Shown: positions 39,472 through 48,570 of the stretch, one piece after another
Position numbering within the stretch: position 1 is the first letter of the stretch
Layout: each line of letters starts with the position of its first letter
Assembly: GCA_964610335.1 (NCBI GenBank)
Contig: CAZSVP010000003.1
Location: forward strand, 141,531-205,530
Source: an uncultured Candidatus Saccharibacteria bacterium
GTDB taxonomy: Bacteria > Patescibacteriota > Saccharimonadia > CAILAD01 > BJGX01
Direction of reading: 5' to 3'
DNA length: 64,000 nt
Position numbers and translations under genes: made by a program
The notes under the pieces: model-generated
What the model was told of the DNA's origin: nothing
What the model saw: the letters and a program-made list of their open reading frames with translations, nothing else
The model's database searches: none

Positions 39472-39832
39472 AATATATACATATAGCTGTAATCAATGTA
39501 GATTCTAAATATTCATAACTTGCCTATATGTTTCTATCAATACTACTAGAAACAGTAGTTAATCGCACAGCTTGGTTGATACTCTATACTCGAAACTATC
39601 TGCATTAACAAGTGCTTCTCTAGTATAAACAAAAACCGAACTTAATTGTGTAGAAAAGTTACTTATTGGGCTTGTAACTGCAACACATGATTGGGCATCA
39701 AGTACTAGTGTTTCCGTGCTAATGTTTACAATTTCCTAATGCAAAGTATACATCACGTTAACTCTCTTATTCGTACAGCCCTTTTCGTGTTAAAATTGTG
39801 CGTCACTTGACTTTTGAATGACTATATTGCTT

Positions 39833-40636
39833 TTATTTATAGAAGGCTCTATTATCTATTCTGACATCAATATATTCGTTGATTTTTTTACCTTGTTTCT
39901 TGGTAAGCTCTAGTACAGCCTTGAGATCGCGCAATTGGTTGGTACTTGGTCGTGAAGTGTCGAATTTTATTCGGTATCCGCTACTAGTGAGGGCAGAAAG
40001 TTCATACGTGGTATCATAAATATCATAGTTGTTTATTGACCCTACTATAGCTGGGAGCTCAGCATTTATTTCACGGACAAATTTCACAAACTGTTCAGAT
40101 GCTACTTGTTGTCCTTCATGCAACGGGATATTAGAGTTATCCACAACTTGGGCAAATTGACTATCATCTTGCGTCACTGCACGAAACGCTCTCCCATCAT
40201 CACTTATAGCGAAGTTCTCAACGCCACTGCGCCATCGCAACTGCGCGTGATGCAGCTGAACTACTGCGACTAGTTTTAACGGGATGCTCAAGCGTATATG
40301 AATAGACTCGATCAAGGGGTTTTGTTTCAGCGCTGTTTGTTCGATCTGTTTTGTATTGAGGCTAAACAAATTCCCCGAAAATAAGTTCTCACTCAGTTGG
40401 AGTTGGATATTCTTCTTTACATCCTGAGCAGTGGCGCCCTCTACTCCTTCGACTGTTACCTCTTTTACCTTAAGTAATGTTGTGCCTAAAACAATATAGA
40501 TTCCAGTCAGTACCAAGACAATTGTCAGTACAATGCGTACGATACTCCACATTCGAATTGGTGTACGAGGTGCCTTCTTGAGTGGCTTGTTAAACGAAAT
40601 ATTGGAGTTACGTACCACCCGCCTTTGTGAATTCAT
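39833..40636 (-). CDS. ftsQ: cell division protein FtsQ/DivIB
   Basis: TM segment, POTRA-like region, C-terminal YIDVR; last gene of the dcw cluster. Confidence 0.8.
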   Translation of the reverse strand: MNSQRRVVRNSNISFNKPLKKAPRTPIRMWSIVRIVLTIVLVLTGIYIVLGTTLLKVKEVTVEGVEGATAQDVKKNIQLQLSENLFSGNLFSLNTKQIEQTALKQNPLIESIHIRLSIPLKLVAVVQLHHAQLRWRSGVENFAISDDGRAFRAVTQDDSQFAQVVDNSNIPLHEGQQVASEQFVKFVREINAELPAIVGSINNYDIYDTTYELSALTSSGYRIKFDTSRPSTNQLRDLKAVLELTKKQGKKINEYIDVRIDNRAFYK

Positions 40637-41778
40637 GCATGCTTCCCTGTTTTCGCAGATTGATTGATCAGAGCAACAATAGCTTGTGCCGATTTAGGCT
40701 GGTAAAGTTTGCCAAGATTGAGTAGTAAATGTGACATCTCAGCCGGACGATCTAAAACACGATCTATACTTGCCCGAATAGCGACCAAACTAATCTCTTC
40801 TTGGCGGAAGATTCTTGCAGCCCCAAGACTCTCCAGTACTTGGGCATTTTGCCACTGATGGCGATTGCTCACTGGAGCAACTACAATGGGAACAATCTCG
40901 TTGGCTGCTAGTTCCATAATTGTATTCACACCCGGTCGAGTGATCGCTACATCAGCCATCGCATAGAGCTGGCGTATTTGATCAGCATCCACAAATCCAA
41001 AAACTTCATAATTTTGCTGTTGTTCGGGAGTTAGCCTGCTACGATGCACCCTAGCCAATTCAATGTCCTGCTTCCCTGTTATATGCAAGACCCTATACCC
41101 TTCTAACACCCGGTTCAGATTGTCAAAAATAAACTCATTGATGACATGTGCACCCTGCGATCCACCGATCACTAGAAGTGTAGGTTTGTCAGACATGCTA
41201 TGTTCGGTTTTTGTTTGTTTTTCAGCAATAACATCTGAGCGTACCGGGTTGCCAACATAATGAAGCTTGGAGCGCACAGCCTCGCTTAAACCTTTGTAGT
41301 ACTGTTTGGGAAAGCCGACACCTATAGCCGCAGCTTGCTTGAGTAACATCCGGTTACCCTTACCTATTTCAATATCCGACTCGTGCAATACAAGTGGTAT
41401 ATGTAGATGTGTAGCAGCCATGCCTACTGGCATTCCGACATTTCCTCCCTTCACCAATACAACATCTGGTTTGAACTGTCGTAGTTGACGACGAGCAGCA
41501 AGATAACCTTGTAAACTCCGTGAAGCATCTGCAGCGTTGCTAAACTGGGTTTTTACATCCAGCGCCTCGCGCATCGCACCACGATTGTAGCGGCGAAACT
41601 TGCCTGCTTTTACGCCCACGTACTTTACCCCTCGACTCTCGACGAGTTCACGTTCGGCATCACTCTGAGTACCTATGAACAAGATAATGTTGTTTGGGTC
41701 AGCCTTGAGTACGTCAAGCACGGCCAGTAGCGGTGTGATGTGCCCGCCGCTGCCGCCGCCCGAAAGGACGATTCGCAT
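40633..41778 (-). CDS. murG: undecaprenyl-PP-MurNAc-pentapeptide GlcNAc transferase
   Basis: GGGSGGH, LHESD, GNPVR, GGSQGA; AAGGAG RBS before ATG 41778. Confidence 0.92.
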   Translation of the reverse strand: MRIVLSGGGSGGHITPLLAVLDVLKADPNNIILFIGTQSDAERELVESRGVKYVGVKAGKFRRYNRGAMREALDVKTQFSNAADASRSLQGYLAARRQLRQFKPDVVLVKGGNVGMPVGMAATHLHIPLVLHESDIEIGKGNRMLLKQAAAIGVGFPKQYYKGLSEAVRSKLHYVGNPVRSDVIAEKQTKTEHSMSDKPTLLVIGGSQGAHVINEFIFDNLNRVLEGYRVLHITGKQDIELARVHRSRLTPEQQQNYEVFGFVDADQIRQLYAMADVAITRPGVNTIMELAANEIVPIVVAPVSNRHQWQNAQVLESLGAARIFRQEEISLVAIRASIDRVLDRPAEMSHLLLNLGKLYQPKSAQAIVALINQSAKTGKHA

Positions 41779-42922
41779 GTCTAGTCTCCTTAGTTGAATA
41801 ACGTGAAATGTTTTGCAATATACCCACGGCGGCCAGTAATGCAAGCAAACTTGTACCGCCATAGCTGATAAACGGCAAAGTAATTCCGGTCAAGGGTATA
41901 ATACCAAGCATGGCAGCAATATTGATCGTTGCTTGAGCGCCGATCCAAATTGTAATACCAGCAGCTACAAGTCTGGCAAATTCATCTTGGGTACTTGCAA
42001 CTATGCGAAATCCACGATACACCAATAAGCCAACTAGCCCAATTACCACACTACATCCAAGTATGCCAAATTCTTCACCGATAATTGCGAATACTGAATC
42101 GTTGGTAGCTTCGGGTAAATATCCATAAGCTTGCAAGCTTTTGCCAATCCCGCGGCCGAACAAACCACCTGAGCCCAAGGCGATTAGAGCTTGGTTGATG
42201 TGGTAACTGGCACCAGATGGATCATCGCTATGGTTTAAAAATGTTAGCACTCGACTAAGTCGGTACGGGAATAGTAGCACCATAGCAACCGCCGAGCCCA
42301 GGGCTGCTCCTAGAGCTATAACAAAAAGTCGTATTTGCACACCACTCATCCAATACATACCAAATCCGATCATAGCGATAACCATAGCACTACCCATGTC
42401 GCGCTGGATAACTGTAACCAAGCCCGCCGATACAAATAACAAAATTAGAAACGGTAGTAAGCCTTCCAGCCAGCTTTTTACGTTTAACTTGCTATTATTC
42501 TTTTGTAACCAATGTGCCAAATACAGCACAAAACCCAGTTTAAAGAACTCAACTGGCTGAAAATTTAGAAACCCTATACGGACCCAGCGCGAAGCGCCAT
42601 TGATATTGACACCTATTTTTGGCACCAGCACCAAAAACATCAACCCAAGAGATATATAAAAGACATATGGTGCAGCTCGTCGTAACCAGCTGAGTGGTAT
42701 TTTTGTGCAAGCGTACCAAACAACCAAGCCTAGCCCGAAGCTCACCAATTGGTTGTAAAACAAACTATTACGGTCACTAGCCCCACCTGTTTGTTTGAGA
42801 ATACTTACCCAACCTGTGGAGTAAACCATTACCAAACCAATTGCTATTAGAGCCAGCACAATTACCGCTATTGAGTAGTCAACTCGACGTCCAACCAGTG
42901 GGGCTGGCTTGCGTAATTCCAT
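41714..42922 (-). CDS. ftsW: SEDS peptidoglycan polymerase FtsW
   Basis: GASRW, QPVEFFK, QRDMGS, PEATNDSVF, PLTGITLPFISYGG. Confidence 0.92.
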   Translation of the reverse strand: MELRKPAPLVGRRVDYSIAVIVLALIAIGLVMVYSTGWVSILKQTGGASDRNSLFYNQLVSFGLGLVVWYACTKIPLSWLRRAAPYVFYISLGLMFLVLVPKIGVNINGASRWVRIGFLNFQPVEFFKLGFVLYLAHWLQKNNSKLNVKSWLEGLLPFLILLFVSAGLVTVIQRDMGSAMVIAMIGFGMYWMSGVQIRLFVIALGAALGSAVAMVLLFPYRLSRVLTFLNHSDDPSGASYHINQALIALGSGGLFGRGIGKSLQAYGYLPEATNDSVFAIIGEEFGILGCSVVIGLVGLLVYRGFRIVASTQDEFARLVAAGITIWIGAQATINIAAMLGIIPLTGITLPFISYGGTSLLALLAAVGILQNISRYSTKETRHANRPFGRRQRRAHHTATGRA

Positions 42923-42941
42923 GTTTCGTTTTTGGTCCAGC

Positions 42942-43976
42942 TTAACCTCCTCCCAGCAGCCCAATCACCAAGCCTAGCCCTGCAAAAACGGCACCAATCA
43001 CCCAAAAACGCATAGTTACCTTGGTTTCAGGCCAACCTATTGCCTCAAAATGGTGGTGTATAGGAGCGGACAAAAAGATCTTACGATGAAATAGCTTCTT
43101 GCTAAGTATTTGTAGAGCGCTGGATCCACCTTCGAGTACGAATACGGCGCCGATAATTGGTAGTACAAGTACGGAGTTGGTTAACATGGCAACAATCCCC
43201 AGCGCAGTACCGAGTGCAAATGAGCCAGAATCGCCCATCATAAATCGCGCTGGGAATATGTTGAACCATGTATATGCAAGTATCGTACCAACAATTGCCA
43301 TACAGAATCCAGCAATTCCAACATTGCCTTGGATAAATGCGATAGCCGCAAAGGCTGCGAAAGCCATACTTAGTAACCCACCCGAAAGCCCATCCAAACC
43401 ATCGGTTATGTTAACAGCATTGGCGGTAGATACCACAACTAATATAAACAATGGTATATAGAGCCAGCCAATCTCAAAATTGCCAACAGCTGGTACGTGT
43501 ATTTGGCTATAGCCGAGTCGGAAGAAAAAGTAGGCCGCACCCAATACAGCCACTAGTAATATCAAGGTAAACTTCATTTTCGACCTTAGCCCAGCTACAC
43601 CCTTACCAGATCCTCTAATATTGATAATATCGTCGAGCAAGCCAACCATGCCTGCACCTAAGAAACCAAACAATGGTAGATATGTTTGGCTTCGGCTCCA
43701 ATTAAATGCCAGCGTCACTGTACTAACCGCGATTATCATAATAATACCTGCCATTGTGGGTATATTACGTTTGTGTTTGGCGGCGTGTAGCTTATGGAAT
43801 ATTGGTGCTTTCTCGCCTGTTGTTGCCGTTTCTCGAATTTGCTTCCATAGCTTAAGTTTGAATGCAAAGTGAGTATAGACTGGTGTAAGCAACATGCTTA
43901 ACACAAAACTGCCAAAGCACAAGGCAAATACAAACGCTAATTGATTGACACTGGTTTTTTCTAAGAATGCATACAT
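42942..43976 (-). CDS. mraY: phospho-MurNAc-pentapeptide transferase
   Basis: PTMAG, LDD, NAVNITDGLDGL, MGDSGS, APIHHHFE. Confidence 0.96.
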   Translation of the reverse strand: MYAFLEKTSVNQLAFVFALCFGSFVLSMLLTPVYTHFAFKLKLWKQIRETATTGEKAPIFHKLHAAKHKRNIPTMAGIIMIIAVSTVTLAFNWSRSQTYLPLFGFLGAGMVGLLDDIINIRGSGKGVAGLRSKMKFTLILLVAVLGAAYFFFRLGYSQIHVPAVGNFEIGWLYIPLFILVVVSTANAVNITDGLDGLSGGLLSMAFAAFAAIAFIQGNVGIAGFCMAIVGTILAYTWFNIFPARFMMGDSGSFALGTALGIVAMLTNSVLVLPIIGAVFVLEGGSSALQILSKKLFHRKIFLSAPIHHHFEAIGWPETKVTMRFWVIGAVFAGLGLVIGLLGGG

Positions 43977-43997
43977 AGTGTATATATTATACCTGAA

Positions 43998-45749
43998 TTA
44001 GTCGGTTTTGGGCGGTATTTTGTAGTATGCAAACAACTCTCTTGCTACTGTTGCAAATGCCGGCACGGCAGTGCTTTCAGCAAATCCCTCAACCCTTGGA
44101 TAATCAATCCGAACCAGAATAATAAACTTAGGATCCTCAACAGGTGCAAACCCTACAAAACTACCTATATTCTTTTTCTCTTCATAGCCTTTACCATCAG
44201 CTCGTGGCACCTGGGCAGTACCGGTTTTACCAGCTATGCGATAACCCTTGGTTTTGGTTTGATAGCCAGAACCTTTCTCTACTACTGAAATCATCATATC
44301 AGCAACTGTAGCGGCCGCCTGGCTATCAATAACATCATCTGCTGCAACCTTTGGCTTTACTTCTACGATCTTGCCATCTGGTGATATAGTTTTACTAATT
44401 AGCTGTGGCTCGTAGCGTGTTCCACCATTGGCAATAGCCGCCACAGCGGATATCATTTGCATACTAGTAACACTAATACCTTGTCCAAAACTCATATTGG
44501 CGTAATCAATATCTGCAACCTTGGGTTGTTTGATGGGAGCATTGGCTTCACCTGCCTGAGCTATACCCGTTTTTTGGCCAAAGCCAAATTTTTGAAAGTA
44601 GTTGTACAATGCTTCTTTCGATTGCAAAGTTATCTTCTTAGGATCACTACCTAAGCTTTGTAGCACAAAAATTGCCCCTGTATTGAGAGATTTCTGTATC
44701 ACATCAGTCATGGTCTGAATACCAAATTTGTGATTCTCAGCGTTTTTGACTGTATAGCCGCTTATTTCTAACTCACCTTTGTCGTCGTATTTAGTATCTG
44801 GTTTCACTTTTCCAGCATCTATACCTGCAGCCATGGTGATGACTTTGAAGCCCGAACCTGGCTCAAATAAGCTCGACACAGCTGAGTTGGTGAAATTTCG
44901 ATATTGGTCGCTAGCGACCTGGCCGTAATTGTTGGGATCAAAGTCTGGGTAGTTTACCAGTGCCTTTATGGCACCAGTCTTGGGATCCATCACAATAATA
45001 CTACCTGATTCTGCCTTATTGTTTTGTACCGCAGCACTTAGTGCATCATGTGCCAATGACTGGATTTTACGATCCAAAGTCAACACATATGATTGACCAT
45101 CTTGTGAGCTCTGAGCGATGTTCTCCGTACTTGTAATCGGCACCCCCAAACTATCAGTCACTGCTTTAAGCAAACCATCTTTGCCATGTAACTGCGTTTC
45201 GTGATACTGTTCAATACCGTACTGTCCCTCACCGTCACTATTAACATATCCTAGTACATGAGAAAACAAATTTGATTCTGGATAGTAGCGACCTGCGCGA
45301 GGCACCACAAACAAACCCGCCAGTTTTAGGTCCTTGATAGCCTGGGCAGTGTCGTAGTTGACGCCCTTCTTGAATTCAACGTACCGGCCATTGGCACCGG
45401 CTTTGAGTTTTTGTTGTAGCTTGTCTACCGGCTCCTGTAGGACCTTGCTCAGCTGTTCTGCGGCAGCAGACTGGTCTTTGATGAACTTAGGGTCGCCGGC
45501 CACAACAAATTGTTGCTGATTAAGCGCTATTGGGTACAGACCATCAGATTCTTCAAGATATATTTGCCCACGAGCCGCTGGTATCTCGAACTGTCGATAC
45601 TGTTGACGTGCAGCCTGCGCAACATATTTATTGTGTTGCCACAACTGCACATAGCTAAGTCGAATAAAAATTGCAGCAAGCATGACGCCAAAAAAGATTG
45701 CAAGTACAAGCAATCTTTTGCGGTGTTTTTGTTCTGCCGCTACCGGCAT
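43998..45749 (-). CDS. ftsI: class B penicillin-binding protein (FtsI-like)
   Basis: RGQI, EPGSGFK (SxxK), SLN, GKTGTAQ. Confidence 0.88.
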   Translation of the reverse strand: MPVAAEQKHRKRLLVLAIFFGVMLAAIFIRLSYVQLWQHNKYVAQAARQQYRQFEIPAARGQIYLEESDGLYPIALNQQQFVVAGDPKFIKDQSAAAEQLSKVLQEPVDKLQQKLKAGANGRYVEFKKGVNYDTAQAIKDLKLAGLFVVPRAGRYYPESNLFSHVLGYVNSDGEGQYGIEQYHETQLHGKDGLLKAVTDSLGVPITSTENIAQSSQDGQSYVLTLDRKIQSLAHDALSAAVQNNKAESGSIIVMDPKTGAIKALVNYPDFDPNNYGQVASDQYRNFTNSAVSSLFEPGSGFKVITMAAGIDAGKVKPDTKYDDKGELEISGYTVKNAENHKFGIQTMTDVIQKSLNTGAIFVLQSLGSDPKKITLQSKEALYNYFQKFGFGQKTGIAQAGEANAPIKQPKVADIDYANMSFGQGISVTSMQMISAVAAIANGGTRYEPQLISKTISPDGKIVEVKPKVAADDVIDSQAAATVADMMISVVEKGSGYQTKTKGYRIAGKTGTAQVPRADGKGYEEKKNIGSFVGFAPVEDPKFIILVRIDYPRVEGFAESTAVPAFATVARELFAYYKIPPKTD

Positions 45750-45751
45750 GG

Positions 45752-46069
45752 CTACTTAGTGTATTGGTAGTTTCCGGCTGGGCTGAGGTTGGCAGCAGTA
45801 CGGCTTTTGAGCTCACTAACAGATTGTAAGCGGGCAGCCTCTACTTCCAAGCGTTGTTGTTGGGCAATAAGTTCAGTCTTACTGTTGGACAACTGGGAAA
45901 CACGATAATTAAATGTTGAGGTTTTGGTCACCTGATTAAGATATAACAACGCTAGTACAATCACAAGTCCGATTAGCAATACCGTAGATGTCACCGGCCC
46001 TGCTTGTACCATAGTAGCAGTACGAGTAAGGTTTTGATTGCGCTTGAGCCCTAGGCTGGCTGTTGTCAT
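45752..46069 (-). CDS. FtsL-like cell division protein
   Basis: Single TM plus coiled coil, in the syntenic position between rsmH and ftsI; AAGGAG RBS. Confidence 0.65.
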   Translation of the reverse strand: MTTASLGLKRNQNLTRTATMVQAGPVTSTVLLIGLVIVLALLYLNQVTKTSTFNYRVSQLSNSKTELIAQQQRLEVEAARLQSVSELKSRTAANLSPAGNYQYTK

Positions 46070-46179
46070 TTGGTTTTGCTCCTTTTTGTTTGAAAATTTT
46101 TGTTTTTGTTTTTGTGTTTGTCTTTTTTTTGCAGTGTTCCCTGATGTTTTACGTGTTTTGGTTTACTAGTTTGTAGGCC

Positions 46180-46251
46180 TTAGCCTTTTTTGACGACGCG
46201 TACTTTGAGGCGTCGAGCCCGTGGGCTTTCGTTTTTGATCACGAGTGTCAT
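46180..46251 (-). CDS. unannotated 23-aa basic peptide MTLVIKNESPRARRLKVRVVKKG
   Basis: AAGGAGG RBS upstream of the ATG; lies inside the dcw operon. Confidence 0.55.
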   Translation of the reverse strand: MTLVIKNESPRARRLKVRVVKKG

Positions 46252-46283
46252 AAGAGTTGTAACCCTCCTTATGGTTTTTTGTG

Positions 46284-47192
46284 TTAGTTTATCTTCTCAA
46301 CGACTCGCAGCCTGGCGCTGCGGGCACGTGGATTAGTGTTGTCAAATTGTTCGCCCTTGATAGGACGGCTGGTAACCTTGACAAATGATGCAAACTGCTC
46401 GATCGCTCCGCGTTCGTTACGAGTTGGTGTTGTCCATTCTCGAAACGTATGCTTTACAAGTCGATCTTCGCCGCTGTGAAAACTGATTATTGCTACCCTT
46501 CCACCAATTGCTAGCAGGTTGGGGATATTTCCTAGCAGCTGCTGAAGCTGAGTCAACTCTTGGTTGACTTCCATCCGAAGCGCTTGAAAAAACTTGGTAG
46601 CAGGATCAATTTTCCGCTCTCTTGCGTGTACCACACTACTTATGAGGAGTTGCAGTTGATGGGTGCTGGTGATTGGTTGTACTTGTCTCTGCGTCACTAT
46701 GGCATGTGCGACTGCTTTGGACTGTGGGTGTTGCCCATATGTCCGAAAAAGCTGTGTCAGCTCGGCCTCGCTGTAAGTGTTAACAATGTCAGATGCGGAT
46801 ATTGGATTGCGCTGATCCATCCGCATGTCTAGCGGTCCATCTAGCTTGAAGCTAAACCCTCGATCTGCTTCGCCGAGCTGCTTGGAGCTTACTCCAAGGT
46901 CCGCGATCACTATGTCGAGTGGTTGGCCTACGTCAGCTAAACTCAGTTGACCAAAAGGTTTATGGAGCAAATGACAATTAGCTTGGCCATGAAATTTCTG
47001 GCGTAAGTAATTGATTGCGTCATGATCCTGGTCATTGAGATAGCCAACACCTGTAGATGAAACTGCTTTAAAAAGTAGTTCACTGTGTCCGCCGTAACCG
47101 GCGGTACAATCCAAGAACCGTTGCCCATGAGTTGGCTTTACCAACTCAATAAGCTTGTGGCTCAATACCGGAATGTGTGGTGTTTGCATCAT
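46284..47192 (-). CDS. rsmH: 16S rRNA m4C1402 methyltransferase
   Basis: HIPVL, DCTAGYGGHS, DLGVSS, PLDMRM, FQALRMEVN, ISFHSGEDR, NPRARSA. Confidence 0.96.
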   Translation of the reverse strand: MMQTPHIPVLSHKLIELVKPTHGQRFLDCTAGYGGHSELLFKAVSSTGVGYLNDQDHDAINYLRQKFHGQANCHLLHKPFGQLSLADVGQPLDIVIADLGVSSKQLGEADRGFSFKLDGPLDMRMDQRNPISASDIVNTYSEAELTQLFRTYGQHPQSKAVAHAIVTQRQVQPITSTHQLQLLISSVVHARERKIDPATKFFQALRMEVNQELTQLQQLLGNIPNLLAIGGRVAIISFHSGEDRLVKHTFREWTTPTRNERGAIEQFASFVKVTSRPIKGEQFDNTNPRARSARLRVVEKIN

Positions 47193-47200
47193 ATGTCAAG

Positions 47201-47441
47201 GTTACCTATTCAGCAGCCAGCTGTTTTGTCATTTTTGTTTTTGTCGAAAAAGAGTTAAATACAAAGCGCCGCTCAAAGTTTGAACGGTAGCTTGTACGTA
47301 AGTGGCAAGGACTTAAGTTGAGATAAGTCCTTATAGTGAGAGAGAGTTGGTGTGTGAGGTGGAGTTTTTGGTTCACAGGTTCTAGGGTAAATTTATAAGC
47401 GTCACCCTCCAGAAACGCTCACTGACTGCCGAATAGCTAAC
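47201..47441 (-). ncRNA. structured intercistronic RNA element between mraZ and rsmH
   Basis: 21-position closing helix (1 mismatch, 3 G-U) enclosing a pseudoknot and two hairpins. Confidence 0.65.
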
Positions 47442-47509
47442 TTTGGTTTTGATGTTTGTTGTTTGTTTTGGTTTGTAAAAGTACTTGGCTTTGGTGCCCT
47501 TCAGCTAGT

Positions 47510-47863
47510 CTATGTCTTGGCCATGATTCGGAAGTAATTTCCGGCGCGTACTGCCACAACATCGTGATCGATGCCTGCATAGCTCAGCTGATGAGCTTCA
47601 AATGTTATTCGTCCTTGTTTTTGGTCAACAGTTGCTTCGGTTTTGCCGCTGCGAAATTGTACATTGAGATCAGCTACCTTTTGGTCGAGGATACTACCTC
47701 TTAGAGCTGATTCCATGTCTTGTTGCCAAACCTTTTCGGGGTACATATGTAGATAGTTGTCAAAACCACGTGTGATTACCACTTTGTCGCCAAACTCCAA
47801 ACGCAGCTCCTTGGGGAGCGTCAGTCGGTTTTTGTCGTCAAGTTTCCGTTCGAAGTAGTCCAT
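47510..47863 (-). CDS. mraZ: transcriptional regulator MraZ
   Basis: DDKNRLTLP and DQKQGRI motifs, VITRG. Confidence 0.88.
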   Translation of the reverse strand: MDYFERKLDDKNRLTLPKELRLEFGDKVVITRGFDNYLHMYPEKVWQQDMESALRGSILDQKVADLNVQFRSGKTEATVDQKQGRITFEAHQLSYAGIDHDVVAVRAGNYFRIMAKT

Positions 47864-47895
47864 CTCTGTTGGTTCTCTATCTGTGAGTGTCTTGG

Positions 47896-47950
47896 CTACC
47901 CACGACTACCCACTAACACCAGTATACTACCCACTTCTACCCACATGCAA
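47896..47950 (-). promoter_or_regulatory. dcw promoter overlapped by MraZ-binding direct repeats
   Basis: GTGGGTAG at 47896, 47906, 47927 and 47937 (period about 10 bp), over TTGCAT-N18-TATACT. Confidence 0.8.
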
Positions 47951-48066
47951 TACATTTAAACAACTTTTCTTTACAAATTCTTATGTTTATTACATAATAC
48001 GAACAAAAACCGAATTACATACTCACCTACTTCCGCCAATCAAATTCAAGCCTTATACTTATACAT

Positions 48067-48570
48067 ATGAAACGACCACATTCCCGACGTATATCGCCGG
48101 ACTACATACATAGTGGTTTCTTTGGCGTTGAAGACAGTCTGGTATCTACCACTGGTGCACTAGCGGGCATTGCTGTTGGTGCCGGTAGCACAGAGGTGAT
48201 CTTGCTCACTGCCTTAGTGATTATTGCCGTGGAGTCTACCTCAATGGCCGCTAGTGAGTTTGTCAGCGAAGAGACTGAAGAAGACATCGAGAAACTCAAA
48301 AACCCCGCCAGCCCGTTGGTGAGCGGCCTGATTATTTTCATTACCTATGTGTTAGCTGGCCTTATACCACTAGCTCCCTACTTGTTCTTGCCACACCTTA
48401 CAGCCATACCTGTAAGTATTGGGTTGGCGCTGCTCGGTCTAATAATACTAGGTGTATACAAGGGTAAGATAACTCACAAAAGTCCTGTGCGCTCCGCCAT
48501 CGAAGTATTCATAATCGGTGGCATCGCTGCTGGTATTGGATTGGTTGTCGGACTAATCTTTAAGGTTTAG
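48067..48570 (+). CDS. VIT1/CCC1 family transporter
   Basis: FGVEDSLVST, SMAASEFVS, GLIPLAPY. Confidence 0.88.
   Translation: MKRPHSRRISPDYIHSGFFGVEDSLVSTTGALAGIAVGAGSTEVILLTALVIIAVESTSMAASEFVSEETEEDIEKLKNPASPLVSGLIIFITYVLAGLIPLAPYLFLPHLTAIPVSIGLALLGLIILGVYKGKITHKSPVRSAIEVFIIGGIAAGIGLVVGLIFKV

Noticed and set aside
46082-46130. TTTTTG-type short repeats upstream of the ftsL-like gene (also near 47445-47475) as CRISPR or contingency repeats
   Set aside because: Irregular low-complexity A/C-rich mRNA linkers with no repeat-spacer periodicity; no cas genes in the window
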